A stretch of DNA of 64,000 nt, from NCBI GenBank assembly GCA_963662405.2, contig CAXXKT010000001.1, positions 2,272,001 to 2,336,000 of the forward strand, given 5' to 3'. The notes beneath the pieces were generated by a model, which saw only the letters and a program-made list of their open reading frames with translations, made no database searches and was not told the origin of the DNA. The stretch comes from Syntrophales bacterium (GTDB lineage Bacteria; Desulfobacterota; Syntrophia; Syntrophales; UBA2210). Below are positions 9,886-20,737 of this stretch, piece by piece (positions within the stretch are counted from its first letter, which is position 1; each line of letters begins with the position of its first letter). A program made the position numbers and the translations under genes.

Positions 9886-12800
9886 ATGAGTGCGAAGAGA
9901 TACTGGTCTGAAGCGGCAATCCGTCAATATCGGGAGACGTTGTCTCCGGCGGCCTTGTTTGATGGTGAGTTTAATATCGACTGGCTTCAGGATCTGACTG
10001 GGGGGAAGGCGTCGGAAATCTTTGCCGCCTTGAAATTTGGTATTACCAAAGGGTGGTTGTCCAGCCAGGATTTCCTCAGATTCTCCTTTATAGATCACAT
10101 CGAACAGCAGGCACTGCAGGATACCCTTTCTCTTGACAAGAAAAAGGCATTGCACCGGAAGATTGCCGACCTTTTACTTCAGCATGCTCCCGATGGGATC
10201 GACGCCAAACAGAGATTGGCCCGGCATCTCCTGTTCGTTTCCAACGATCTCGACGGCTGTCGCCTCCTGATCGAGATAGGCGATTTCCATCGCAAAAAAT
10301 TCCGGGACGATGAGGCACGTCTCTACTATGCTAAGGCTATCGATGATCTCAGAGGGCACAAAGGGGAAGAAAAAAATCGTTTCTTCGTCGAAGCGGCACT
10401 TCAGTATGCCAAGGTCTCCGCAGACAATACGGATCCGAACCAGGTAATATCGATCATAAAAGAGGCGATCCGCCGAGCACACATATGTGGATATGGGAAT
10501 TATGTGGGTTTTTTAGAAATGCACCTGGGCAAGAGCGAATGGCTTCGCTCCCGATATCAACCCGCCCTGCGCCATTTTAAAAAAGGATGGGCGCTGACCC
10601 GTGAGATAGATGATCCCATAACGCAGAGATCGGCCCTGATTTTGGGTCTTTTCTTTCACTACTGGTCGGGAAACTATCGGGAAGCGGTACAAACCTACGA
10701 AACCTTCGTTCCGGATGTAGAACACACATTTCCCAAAGAGAGCATGCCCCTGCTGGCCGCCCTTACCGCAGGGGCATGCCTGGGGCATACCGGTCTGTAT
10801 TCTCAGGCCCTGGGGATGCTCCATGCCATCCGGGAACATAGCCGGAATATTGGGAACCTTTCAATTGCTGGCCTGGCGGGGGTCACGATGGGCCATCTGC
10901 TGCTGGAACTGCACCGTCCGCAGGACTCCATACAGCACATAGAGGCGTCGCTGGATGAGGCAGTCAAAAGTCGGAGCATCTATGCCCAAATCGGGGGATT
11001 GGGACTCCTATCCTATGCGTATCACCTCATTGGTGATGACGTGAGGGCCGTCTCCGCCTTATGTGAATTTCTCGAGCTGAGTAAGCGGGGGCGAATGACG
11101 GTGAAGTATACGGCCTTGTGGCTGTGGATTTGCTGGGCCGTGGAAGAGGGGCGGTTGCCTCGGGTAGAAGAGTTTTCCATGAAAGAGGAGATTGATTATT
11201 CGATTCGGAGTGGGAATCTTCTTATGAAGGGCGTTGCCTATCGCTACCGTGCGCTCATGGGTAGAAAGGAAGGCCTGCCCGGTAAAAATATCATCCAGGA
11301 TCTGAAAAGATCCATTTCCTCTCTTCAGACCTCCGGTCACCAGATTGAACTCGCTCAATCAAAAATGGAATTGGCCCGGGAGTATCTTCGGGTCGGCAAT
11401 GAAAAAAGGGCGGTGGAATGGGCCACACCTGCCGTTGAAACCTTGTGTTCCATCAATGAAGCACTGGTACCTGATGATATGCGACCTCTGGTCAAGGATC
11501 TGCGGTACGGTGAGAATCTTCTTGATGAGATCCTGCAGTTGAGCCGGGAGTTAACGACGATCAGGGACTATAAAGAGCTGCCGCGGCGCATTATCTCTAC
11601 GATCAACCGCCTTACCGGTGCCGAACGAGGAGCCATCTTTCTCCTCGAGGATCAGAATCCCGATAAGATTGTTCTTCGGGCCGCGAAGAATCTCATGTCG
11701 GAAGACATTACGATGCCCAGTTTTGATGCGCCTATGAGACTGATCAAAATGACGGCGAAAACAGGAGAGGGGCGCGTCATGGATCTGGACATACAGGAAC
11801 AGCCCGGATCATCTGAGACAAATGCTATTCGCTCGTGTATCTGTGTCCCCATGACCATTCGAAACAGGGTGGGGGGTGTCCTCTACCACGATAACCGCCT
11901 GTTCCGGAGTGCCTTCAAGGAATCAGACTTGAAAGTGCTGGACTATTTCGCCGCTCAGGCCGCTATCGCCATAGACAACGCTCAGGCCTGGACGACCCTC
12001 AATGAACTGTATGAGAAACAACGGCTGGAAAAGCAGTATTATGAGCAAGAATACCTGGAGACCATTCACTTCGAGGATTTTGTGGGAAAGAGCCCCTCGA
12101 TTATTAAGGTCTTCAACCAGGTGGAGCAGGTATCAGAAACCGATGCCACGGTTTTGATATTAGGGGAAACGGGGGTCGGAAAGGAGCTCGTGGCCCGGTC
12201 AATCCACCGAAATAGCCCCCGCAGCCAAAAGCCCTTTATACGGGTTCAATGCAGTGCACTCCCCGAGGCGCTGATCTCAACCGAACTCTTCGGCCATGAG
12301 AAGGGGGCTTTCACCGGGGCGACAACACGGCATATCGGACGGTTCGAACTGGCAAACGGAGGCACCATATTCCTCGATGAAATTGGCGATATATCGATGG
12401 ACGTTCAGGCGAGGCTGCTTCGGGTCTTGCAGACCAAAGAGTTTGAGCGGGTGGGAGGGCACGAAACCTTGCAGTCTGATTTCCGCCTCCTCGCAGCGAC
12501 GAATCGAGATCTGCAACGGGAAGTGGAGCGGGGCCATTTTCGACAGGATCTGTACTATCGGCTCAATGTTTTCCCCATCGATGTTCCGCGTCTCAGGGAC
12601 CGGGAAGGAGATATCCCGCTTTTGGCCCATTATTTCTTGAGGCTCTACGCCGGTAAATTCAATAAATCCCTTGAAAGCATCCCGGAAGAAGAAATGAAGA
12701 AACTTTTGGCGTATAATTGGCCGGGAAATGTGAGAGAATTGGAGAACGTTATCGAACGGGGTGTCATCCTGAGCAGGGGACCGTATTACAAGGTACCGGA

Positions 12801-13035
12801 GTTGGAGGGTACTCGTTCCCTGCCGCCTGAGCGGACCGCTGTGAGCCTGCGGGAGAATGAACGGGATCACATTATTCGTGTATTGCAAAGGACGGGAGGG
12901 AAGGTGACGGGAATGGGGGGTGCAGCAGATATTCTTGACATCCATCCCAACACTCTTTTTTCAAGGATGAAAAAACTGGGCATTCACCGGCGGGCGCACT
13001 ATATCTCAAAGACAGACATGAATGCCCGGCATTAA
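9886..13035 (+). CDS. sigma54-dependent activator (helical/TPR-like N-terminus, GAF, AAA+, Fis-type HTH)
   Basis: [31 protein letters not shown]-terminal [13 protein letters not shown]. Confidence 0.93.
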   Translation: MSAKRYWSEAAIRQYRETLSPAALFDGEFNIDWLQDLTGGKASEIFAALKFGITKGWLSSQDFLRFSFIDHIEQQALQDTLSLDKKKALHRKIADLLLQHAPDGIDAKQRLARHLLFVSNDLDGCRLLIEIGDFHRKKFRDDEARLYYAKAIDDLRGHKGEEKNRFFVEAALQYAKVSADNTDPNQVISIIKEAIRRAHICGYGNYVGFLEMHLGKSEWLRSRYQPALRHFKKGWALTREIDDPITQRSALILGLFFHYWSGNYREAVQTYETFVPDVEHTFPKESMPLLAALTAGACLGHTGLYSQALGMLHAIREHSRNIGNLSIAGLAGVTMGHLLLELHRPQDSIQHIEASLDEAVKSRSIYAQIGGLGLLSYAYHLIGDDVRAVSALCEFLELSKRGRMTVKYTALWLWICWAVEEGRLPRVEEFSMKEEIDYSIRSGNLLMKGVAYRYRALMGRKEGLPGKNIIQDLKRSISSLQTSGHQIELAQSKMELAREYLRVGNEKRAVEWATPAVETLCSINEALVPDDMRPLVKDLRYGENLLDEILQLSRELTTIRDYKELPRRIISTINRLTGAERGAIFLLEDQNPDKIVLRAAKNLMSEDITMPSFDAPMRLIKMTAKTGEGRVMDLDIQEQPGSSETNAIRSCICVPMTIRNRVGGVLYHDNRLFRSAFKESDLKVLDYFAAQAAIAIDNAQAWTTLNELYEKQRLEKQYYEQEYLETIHFEDFVGKSPSIIKVFNQVEQVSETDATVLILGETGVGKELVARSIHRNSPRSQKPFIRVQCSALPEALISTELFGHEKGAFTGATTRHIGRFELANGGTIFLDEIGDISMDVQARLLRVLQTKEFERVGGHETLQSDFRLLAATNRDLQREVERGHFRQDLYYRLNVFPIDVPRLRDREGDIPLLAHYFLRLYAGKFNKSLESIPEEEMKKLLAYNWPGNVRELENVIERGVILSRGPYYKVPELEGTRSLPPERTAVSLRENERDHIIRVLQRTGGKVTGMGGAADILDIHPNTLFSRMKKLGIHRRAHYISKTDMNARH

Positions 13036-13110
13036 TACAGGCAATAGAAAACGGTGAATCATCCCTGAATGGGGGATACCCGTCAAACAGAGAACGGAAA
13101 GGAGCGAATC

Positions 13111-13908
13111 ATGGATTTATCGTTGTTTTCACTGGAAGGAAAGGTAGCGCTCATCACAGGCGGGAGTCGTGGTATCGGACGCGCCTGTGCCCTTGCCCTC
13201 GCCGATGCGGGGGCCACGGTCGTGGTCAGCAGTCGGAAGATTGAAGGGCTCGAACCGGTGGTGGATGAGATCCGCGCGAGAGGCGGCAGGGGGATGGCCA
13301 TTGCGTCTCATGTCGCAAAAACGGAGGACTCGAAGGTTCTCATCGAAAAGATTATGAAAGAATTCGGTCGGCTTGATGTCCTCATGAACAACGCCGGGAC
13401 CAACCCGTACTACGGTTCCCTCATGGAGCAGGATGAAAAGACCTGGGATGTCACGATGAATGTCAACCTGAAAGGGCTCTTCTTCCTCAGTCAGATGGCG
13501 GCGCGGGTCATGAAGGAGCGGGGCGGCGGATCGATCATCAACACCTCCTCAATCGGGGGATTGATCCCCGGAGAACTGGGAGTCTACTGCGTCACAAAGG
13601 CCGCCGTCATCATGCTGACCGAGGTGATGGCCAAGGAGTGGGGGCAGCACAATATCCGGGTCAACGCCATTGCCCCGGGGGTGATCAAGACGCGCCTCAG
13701 CGAGGCCCTGTGGAAGGACCCGGCGGTGGGGGCGCAGGTGGAGCGAAATATGCCCCTCATGCGTCTCGGTGAGCCGGAAGAGCTTGCCGGCGCCGTTCTT
13801 TTGCTGGCGTCCGATGCGGGAAGCTACATAACGGGGGAGACGATTGTGGTCGATGGGGGGCGTATCTATGGAGAGCCGGCGCATCTGGAGAAAAAAGAGA
13901 GCCGTTAA
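13111..13908 (+). CDS. Short-chain dehydrogenase/reductase
   Basis: TGGSRGIG, NNAG, YCVTK (YxxxK); ATG 13111 after GGAG. Confidence 0.92.
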   Translation: MDLSLFSLEGKVALITGGSRGIGRACALALADAGATVVVSSRKIEGLEPVVDEIRARGGRGMAIASHVAKTEDSKVLIEKIMKEFGRLDVLMNNAGTNPYYGSLMEQDEKTWDVTMNVNLKGLFFLSQMAARVMKERGGGSIINTSSIGGLIPGELGVYCVTKAAVIMLTEVMAKEWGQHNIRVNAIAPGVIKTRLSEALWKDPAVGAQVERNMPLMRLGEPEELAGAVLLLASDAGSYITGETIVVDGGRIYGEPAHLEKKESR

Positions 13909-13975
13909 GGGGAGTCTTTCCTCAAATATTGCATTGATACAGGGGATGGAAACTTTATAGAGGAGACTGAAAGGA

Positions 13976-15412
13976 ATGGGAACACAGAAGGATTGGGAGG
14001 CTATTTTTGACCCCAAGACGGTTGCGGTCGTCGGGGCCCCCCGTAGGAGACCCCCGGGATGGCCGGGGATATTCGGAAGCCTCCGTGATTACGGGTATCA
14101 GGGGAGACTCTACCCCATCAACCCGAGTGCCCCGGAGGTTGAAGGGATCAAGAGCTATCCCGATCTCGTGTCGGTCCCGGAGCCGGTCGACCTGGTGATC
14201 ATCTCCGTTCCAGCCCCGGCGGTCCCTGCGGCCCTCAGGGACTGTATCGCCTCGGGAAACCGGAACGTGCACATCTTTACCGCCGGGTTCAAGGAAACCG
14301 GTGAGGAGGAGGGGATGCGGCTCCACGGGGAGATCGAGTCAATCGCCCGCGATGGGGGACTTCACGTTATCGGCCCCAACTGCATGGGGGTGTTCGTTCC
14401 CAGCCGGCGGCTCGTGACCTGGATCGGAGCGCCCGAAAAGAGCGGTCCCGTGGCCTTTGTCAGCCAGAGCGGCGGCCACGCCCAGGATTTTACTAATTTC
14501 TCCGCCCGGCTGGGGATCGGTTTCAGCAAGGTGATCAGCTTCGGCAATGCCCTGACCCTGGACAGCCCGGATTTTCTTGAATACCTTGCGGATGATCCCG
14601 ATACGGAGATCATCACCATGTACCTGGAGGGAGTCAAAGACGGTCGCCGGCTCATCGAACAGGTGTCCCGGATCAATCCGATTAAACCGGTTATCATCCT
14701 GAAGGCCGGGTTGACGGAGGCGGGGACCAAGGCGGTGGCTTCTCACACGGGTTCGATGGCGGGAGGGGGACAGATCTGGGACGCCTTCTTCAAAGAAACA
14801 GGTGCCATACGGGCCCATTCGCTCGAAGATATGGCCTTTCTCGCCCTCGCCTTTCGGCACTTGAAGACGACGCGGGGTTCCCGTGTGGCCGTTATCGGTC
14901 ACGGGGGCGGTATCGCCGTTTCCGCGGCGGACGCCTGCAGCAACGCGGGGCTTGAAATGCCCCCCTTCAGTCGGGCGACGGAGCAGGCCCTGCGGGCCTT
15001 TATACCGGCTGGGGGAAATATTATCAAAAATCCGATCGACGCCATGCCGATCTTCCGCGACTTGGAGATCTTTCGGGCAATGATCGACGTGGTATCCTCC
15101 GAGCCCCAGATCGATATGCTCATCGTTTCGCTTTCCCTCGACTGGCTCTACAATGTCGACAAGGGACAGCAGATACAGAAGGTGACCGACTACCTTGCCG
15201 GTCCGGTTGCGGAGCGACTCCACGGAAAACCTCTTGTCGCCAGTTGGAGGACCTACCGGAACGACCCGGCGATACGGGAGGTGGGGTGCCGGCTCGAAAA
15301 GCAACTCCTCGAATCGGGAATCCCCGTCTACCGTGGGTTCGAACAGGCATCGATGACCCTTGCCCGGTGGGCGTGCTATCACCGGTTCCTGCATGGGCGA
15401 GGACTGAAGTGA
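13976..15412 (+). CDS. NDP-forming acyl-CoA synthetase alpha subunit (CoA-binding domain protein)
   Basis: VAVVGA, YPINP, IGPNCMG, SQSGG, phospho-His motif SHTGS. Confidence 0.85.
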   Translation: MGTQKDWEAIFDPKTVAVVGAPRRRPPGWPGIFGSLRDYGYQGRLYPINPSAPEVEGIKSYPDLVSVPEPVDLVIISVPAPAVPAALRDCIASGNRNVHIFTAGFKETGEEEGMRLHGEIESIARDGGLHVIGPNCMGVFVPSRRLVTWIGAPEKSGPVAFVSQSGGHAQDFTNFSARLGIGFSKVISFGNALTLDSPDFLEYLADDPDTEIITMYLEGVKDGRRLIEQVSRINPIKPVIILKAGLTEAGTKAVASHTGSMAGGGQIWDAFFKETGAIRAHSLEDMAFLALAFRHLKTTRGSRVAVIGHGGGIAVSAADACSNAGLEMPPFSRATEQALRAFIPAGGNIIKNPIDAMPIFRDLEIFRAMIDVVSSEPQIDMLIVSLSLDWLYNVDKGQQIQKVTDYLAGPVAERLHGKPLVASWRTYRNDPAIREVGCRLEKQLLESGIPVYRGFEQASMTLARWACYHRFLHGRGLK

Positions 15413-15496
15413 CCCCTCTGTTGTGCCGTATCCACCCGCAATTATTCGCGGCAATTACCCCCTCTTATCCTGTATCCTGCCGGACAACAAGACCGG

Positions 15497-15525
15497 TTGA
15501 CTTGGAACACGAAAAGCAGTATCGT
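15497..15525 (+). promoter_or_regulatory. sigma70-like promoter
   Basis: TTGACT-N17-TATCGT upstream of the PAS-LuxR gene. Confidence 0.5.
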
Positions 15526-15602
15526 CGGTGCCGGAAGAACAATGGGTACTGGACGGGCCTATGGGTCTGTGTGCCATTCGATTTTGAGAGATCGGGTCAG
15601 TG

Positions 15603-16559
15603 ATGAGGGATGAAGAGAAGGACAGTGACCAGCTGGTGAGCGAAGCAACAGCCCTCCGCCGACGGGTCCGAGAACTCGAGCGAGCGTCGCATCATGAAGA
15701 CCTGCAGGCCAGGAAGGAATTGCAATCGAGCGAGGACAAGTATCGTATTATCCTTGAAAACATAGAAGAGGCCTATTTTGAGCTCGATCTTGCCGGAAAT
15801 TTCACCTTTTTCAATACAGCGACAGTGGAGATGCTGGGATACTCGGCGGAAGAATTGGCGAAAATGAATTACCGGGACTATGTCCTGCCGGAGACAACCA
15901 TACGCCTCTTCAAGATATTCAACAAGATATATCGAACGGGAGAGCCTGCCGATATCTTCGATTACAAGGTTATCAGGAAGGATGGGACTTACCGATTTCG
16001 TGAGATGTCCGCGTCCTTGATCCGTGGGCCCGATTGTGATCCGATCGGCTTCAGATGTCTGGCGCGGGATGTGACCAAGCGAAAACAGGCGGAAGAGGAG
16101 TTGAAAAAGAAGGAAGCGGAGCTTGAGAGAAAATCCGCTTCCCTTGTTGAATCCAACGCGGCCCTGAGGGTCCTGTTGAAACAGAGGGAAGAGGATAAGG
16201 TGGAGTTTGAAAGAAACGTGATATCAAACGTAAGAGAAATTGTTGCCCCTTACATTGAAGAATTAAAGAAAAGTCAGTTGACCGCTAATCAAAGTGTGTG
16301 TATTGAAACCGTCGAAGCTAACTTGCAGAACATCATTTCACCCTTCTTACGCAATATCACGTTAAGACAATTTAATCTAACCCCGAAAGAATTTCAGGTA
16401 GCCAACCTTGTCAAAGAAGGCAGGACTACGAAGGAAATAGCAGATTTCTTAAATATTTCCCCTGGGGCGATTGATTTTCACAGAAACAACATCAGGAAAA
16501 AATTGGGTCTAAACAACAAAAAAAGCAATCTCAGATCCTATCTGTTGTCACTATCGTGA
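15603..16559 (+). CDS. PAS-domain LuxR-family transcriptional regulator
   Basis: PAS ([16 protein letters not shown]), coiled coil, [32 protein letters not shown]; start 15600 (GTG) or 15603 (ATG). Confidence 0.9.
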   Translation: MRDEEKDSDQLVSEATALRRRVRELERASHHEDLQARKELQSSEDKYRIILENIEEAYFELDLAGNFTFFNTATVEMLGYSAEELAKMNYRDYVLPETTIRLFKIFNKIYRTGEPADIFDYKVIRKDGTYRFREMSASLIRGPDCDPIGFRCLARDVTKRKQAEEELKKKEAELERKSASLVESNAALRVLLKQREEDKVEFERNVISNVREIVAPYIEELKKSQLTANQSVCIETVEANLQNIISPFLRNITLRQFNLTPKEFQVANLVKEGRTTKEIADFLNISPGAIDFHRNNIRKKLGLNNKKSNLRSYLLSLS

Positions 16560-16854
16560 TTAATCCCCAGCGGGAATTTCCCGTCCGTCCGTAAGGGTTT
16601 GGAGATTCATTACCAGTCTTTCCCTCATATATTCCTAGTAATTAATTCGTATTGAAAAAAGCACTCCATCCTGTCATGAGTACCCTGCTTTGCGATGTAT
16701 CCCCTTCAGTAACGGGCGGGGTGAGTGTATGGTAACTGGTTAATATTGAAGATGAAATAGATCGTTTAACAAGAGTCGAACCGGAGCGGCTAGCTGAGTG
16801 GGTCAAGCAGGGATGATTCTTAAACATTTTCAAAATACGATCACAGCCGTTGCC

Positions 16855-17290
16855 AAGCTATCCGTAACGGCCATATGCGAAACGGATCCTGTAGATTTAA
16901 GATTACGAGTATTGGCGGCAAGCAGCTTGCCTAGGCATCATCTGCACTCATCTGTTACACCCGAACCAAACAATGCCGTAAAATTTACTTCAAACGCTCC
17001 ACCAAACATGACTTTCCCGTGGCGGCTTTTCCCTTGGCTCGCACTCGGGGACCGCTTAAAAACCAGCCTCCACAAAATGTTTTTTGGGGTATTCCATTCT
17101 CCGACTGGTCACCCCAAGCGCTATCACAACATCCGAAACATCCCATGCCGGACCATCCACGCCTGTGTTGTGCGGCAGCAAAGGGCTGGCATGGGTAAAT
17201 CTCCTGACGTTGGTCGACGACGTATCATAGCCTTAAGCTTTGTGCGCTCCTCCTTAGTCAGTGTTACTCGATATCTCGGCGAGATGGCAA
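16855..17290 (-). pseudogene. Decayed IS630-family transposase, N-terminal HTH region
   Basis: SPRYRVTLTKEER, then across frameshifts and stops DGPAWDVSDVVIALGVTSR..HFVEAGF*..REKPPRE..SVSHMAV. Confidence 0.7.
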
Positions 17291-17427
17291 CCGTTTTCAT
17301 TGAGTTGTCTCCAAACGCATCTCCTATAAATACGAAAGATACCAAGTCACATGGTATCAGGGTTCCGAGCGACCTTTATGCACAAAGCGTCAGAAGACGC
17401 TAATAATAAGATTGGGAGGTTTGTATT

Positions 17428-18471
17428 GTGAAGAAGTTTCTGATGTTTTCGGTTGTAGTATTGGTTGTTTTTTTTGCATGTACAATTGTTGTAACGGACG
17501 TTTCTTTTGCTGAAGACAAACCCATAAAATGGAGATGTCAGACCCATTGGCCGCCGTCCAGTTCGGCCTATAAACCGGGTGCTGTGTGGATGGCCAATGA
17601 GATTAAAAAACGTACAAATGGTCGCCTTATCATCGAGTTATATACTGAAGGCCAGTTGGTACCTTCCAAAGATATCTTTTCAGCGGTTAAAAGAGGAATG
17701 ATTGAGGTTGGTGTTACCCCTCCTCAATACTATGCTGGTAAAGTTCCTCTGGCAAAGGTCGCATCCGGTCTTCCCTTCAATTTCATGTCGACATGGGAAT
17801 GCGCCTATTTCTATAAATGGATGGGGTTTGAAGATATGATGCGTGAAGCGCTGGCGAAACATGGTCTTTTCTATGCGACGGAAAAGGTTTATGCAGGCCA
17901 GCTTGTGACGAAAAACCCCATAAGATCCTTAGCAGATTTTAAAGGGACCAAAATCAGGGTGACCGGGATAACCGCTCAATACCTCGCCGCGATTGGGGGA
18001 TCAAGCGTATATATGCCTGGTGGGGAAACTTATTCCGCGCTGGCATCAGGTGTGGTTGACGGTGCCCACTGGGGAGACATGACGGGTGCGGAGAGCATGG
18101 GATTTTTTGAGATTTGCAAGAGTCTTCTTTGGACAGGTATAAACGTGACCGGGCTCGAGACGTGGCTCATAAATCAGAAAGCCCTTGATAAGCTCCCAAA
18201 AGATATACAACAGATTCTTTTTGCCCTCTTTGAAGAGCATTTTTGGAAAAGCACCAACGAGCACGAGTGGGCATTGCAACATTTCCTTCCAATATACCAG
18301 AAAAAATATGGTTTAGAGGTTACCCATATACCCCCCGAGGAGTATGCCAAACTGCAAGCAGCGGCAATGCCTCTCTGGAAAGAGGTGGCTGATCTGAGCC
18401 CTGAATGTGCGAAGGGTGTTGAGATGATAATAGAACTCAATAAGTCATTAGGACGGTTGCAACAATATTAA
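17428..18471 (+). CDS. dctP: TRAP transporter substrate-binding protein
   Basis: Signal peptide, RTNGRLIIELY, DFKGTKIR, ETYSALASGVVDG. Confidence 0.92.
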   Translation: MKKFLMFSVVVLVVFFACTIVVTDVSFAEDKPIKWRCQTHWPPSSSAYKPGAVWMANEIKKRTNGRLIIELYTEGQLVPSKDIFSAVKRGMIEVGVTPPQYYAGKVPLAKVASGLPFNFMSTWECAYFYKWMGFEDMMREALAKHGLFYATEKVYAGQLVTKNPIRSLADFKGTKIRVTGITAQYLAAIGGSSVYMPGGETYSALASGVVDGAHWGDMTGAESMGFFEICKSLLWTGINVTGLETWLINQKALDKLPKDIQQILFALFEEHFWKSTNEHEWALQHFLPIYQKKYGLEVTHIPPEEYAKLQAAAMPLWKEVADLSPECAKGVEMIIELNKSLGRLQQY

Positions 18472-18489
18472 TGTCACCCTCGGGGATGG

Positions 18490-18638
18490 TTGAAATCCCT
18501 CGCCTTTAGGCGAAGAGAAGTTTCGCGAAATCCCGTAGGGATAAGCGTTTATAATTGTTTTACTAAAGCAGCCGTTTATTGGTCGAATTCATTCGACGCG
18601 GCTGCTGAACCCCTCGACTTGTAGTCGAGGGTAGTTCA
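18490..18638 (+). mobile_element. Non-autonomous IS200/IS605-type miniature element (PATE/MITE-like)
   Basis: Left hairpin TGAAATCCCTCGCC-TTTA-GGCGA; right hairpin GAACCCCTCGAC-TTGTA-GTCGAGGG-TAGTTCA; no ORF. Confidence 0.65.
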
Positions 18639-18763
18639 GTGGCCCTTCGCTTGGCAAAAGACAGAATAAGACAATAAACAATAGTGAGATGGCTCGGGAT
18701 CCGGCAAACTCTAGCAGGATGTTGGACCGAGTCATCTCATCTTGAGACGCCAGGGGGAATAGT

Positions 18764-19306
18764 ATGACGAAACTTGAAAAATGGGTTCTATTTATTGATT
18801 TTGTAAACGGATGGTGGGGGAGAATATTATCCTATCTTGCCCCGGTTATGGCAGTTTTAATTGTCTTTGAGATAGTGATGAGGTATTGCTTTAATTCCCC
18901 CACAACGTGGAGTAACGAACTGACACAAATGATATTTGGATGTTATGTGGTATTATGTGGTGGATATGTGCTTTTACGGGGGAAACATGTACGTGTTGAT
19001 ATATTATCCTCTCACTTTTCACCTAAAACCCAAGCTGTTATCGAGATAGTAACTTCTCCTCTTTTCTTCGTTTTCTCTGGAATGCTGTTATATTATGGGG
19101 GTTCTTTTGCCTGGGAATCGGTAAGTGCTTTGGAACATACCCAAACAGCATGGAATCCTCCCTCGTACCCGGTGAAATTAATGGTCCCCGTGGGGGCTTT
19201 TTTCTTGCTGTTGCAAGGTATAGCAACACTGATCCGGAACGTTGTCGTGCTTTTTGGCGGACAGAATCTGGTGCTGGCACAGGGCAAGGAGAGGAGTGAC
19301 ATATGA
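18764..19306 (+). CDS. dctQ: TRAP small permease
   Basis: MRYCFNSPTTWSNEL, HVRVDI, four hydrophobic segments. Confidence 0.92.
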   Translation: MTKLEKWVLFIDFVNGWWGRILSYLAPVMAVLIVFEIVMRYCFNSPTTWSNELTQMIFGCYVVLCGGYVLLRGKHVRVDILSSHFSPKTQAVIEIVTSPLFFVFSGMLLYYGGSFAWESVSALEHTQTAWNPPSYPVKLMVPVGAFFLLLQGIATLIRNVVVLFGGQNLVLAQGKERSDI

Positions 19307-20622
19307 GTATTGAGCTGTTGACTATTTTGTTTTTTGGGGCCCTGATGATTTTCATTTTTCTCGGGGTGCCCCTTGCATTCGTTCTCGGTGGACTGTCACT
19401 TGTATTTCTTGCTTTCACATGGGGACCCGGGGCCTTTTTTATAGTACCCGTACATGTCGCCGGTTCAATGGGAAGTTTTAGCCTTGTTGCCATCCCGTTG
19501 TTTATATTTATGGCCATGCTTTTAGAACGATCAGGGGTGGCTGAGGATTTGTACCAAGCGATGTACCTATGGTTTGGTAGACTCCCAGGAGGATTGGCGA
19601 TCGGGACTTTGGCCATCTGCGCAATTTTTGCCGCCATGTGTGGTGTCAGTGCTGTGGCTGTAGTGACAATGGGTGCCATTGCCCTTCCCTCGATGAGACG
19701 CCGTGGGTATGACAAGCACCTCATAATCGGTTGTATCAATACCGGGGGAGGGTGGGGAGTTCTCATACCGCCCAGCATTCTCATGATTGTTTATGCCATG
19801 ATTGCAGAAGAGTCCGTCGGAAAGCTGTTCGCGGGTGGTGTGCTCCCGGGGCTGCTGCTTTTTGTGCTCGTTTCCACCTATATTGGGGTTCGGTGTTTCC
19901 TTCAGCCGAGCTTGGCGCCACCACTGCCCCCTGAAGAACGTGTGAATCTGAGGGAAAAAATCAAAGCTCTCCGATCAATCTTTTTACCTATGATGATCGT
20001 TATAATGGTTTTAGGTTCCATTATGATGGGAATTGCGACACCCACTGAGGCAGCTGGGCTGGGTGCCTTGGGTTCCGTGATTGCAACTCTTGTACACAGA
20101 AAATTAAACTGGACGCTGTTCTCCGAGGCATCCATTAATACCTTGGAACAAACCGGGATGATCATGTGGATCATCTTTGGTGCCCACTGTTTCAACGCGG
20201 CTTACCAGTCGATGCAGGCTTGCGAGTTGTTTACCCGTTTGATGCTACACATACCAGGCGGGCCTTGGGGGACGATTATATTTATCCAGATCGTGATTTT
20301 CATACTCGCGATGGTCTTGGACCCAGTTGGGATCATGATGATAACCCTTCCCGTGTTTTTACCGGTTATAACGTCTTATGGGTTTGATTCCCTTTGGTTT
20401 GGTATTCTCTTCGTCATTAATCTTCAGATAGGATATATGACGCCCCCCTTCGGGTTCAACCTTTTTTACACAAAGGCTATTGTTCCCCCTGATATTACCA
20501 TGGGCGACATATATAAATCGGTTACACCTTACGTGCTCGTTTCTCTTGTGGGTCTTATCTTTGTCATGGTGTTCCCCGAGATTGCGGTATGGCTCCCTAA
20601 TAAACTTTTTGGAGGAAACTGA
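19303..20622 (+). CDS. dctM: TRAP large permease
   Basis: AIPLFIFMA, LIPPSI, TPTEAA, TPPFG. Confidence 0.93.
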   Translation: MSIELLTILFFGALMIFIFLGVPLAFVLGGLSLVFLAFTWGPGAFFIVPVHVAGSMGSFSLVAIPLFIFMAMLLERSGVAEDLYQAMYLWFGRLPGGLAIGTLAICAIFAAMCGVSAVAVVTMGAIALPSMRRRGYDKHLIIGCINTGGGWGVLIPPSILMIVYAMIAEESVGKLFAGGVLPGLLLFVLVSTYIGVRCFLQPSLAPPLPPEERVNLREKIKALRSIFLPMMIVIMVLGSIMMGIATPTEAAGLGALGSVIATLVHRKLNWTLFSEASINTLEQTGMIMWIIFGAHCFNAAYQSMQACELFTRLMLHIPGGPWGTIIFIQIVIFILAMVLDPVGIMMITLPVFLPVITSYGFDSLWFGILFVINLQIGYMTPPFGFNLFYTKAIVPPDITMGDIYKSVTPYVLVSLVGLIFVMVFPEIAVWLPNKLFGGN

Positions 20623-20737
20623 ACCATAAAATACTAAAAGACCACTTCATGAAATGGAGCGGAATAAGTTGGTTTGCACGGCCTTGTGCTTGTGCAGTAA
20701 AATGACTAAGGATGGTGAGAAAGAGAGGTTGTTTTGT

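Noticed and set aside
16798..17403. 201-aa plus-strand ORF
   Set aside because: TGG-type start with no SD; better explained as the reverse strand of the IS630 relic
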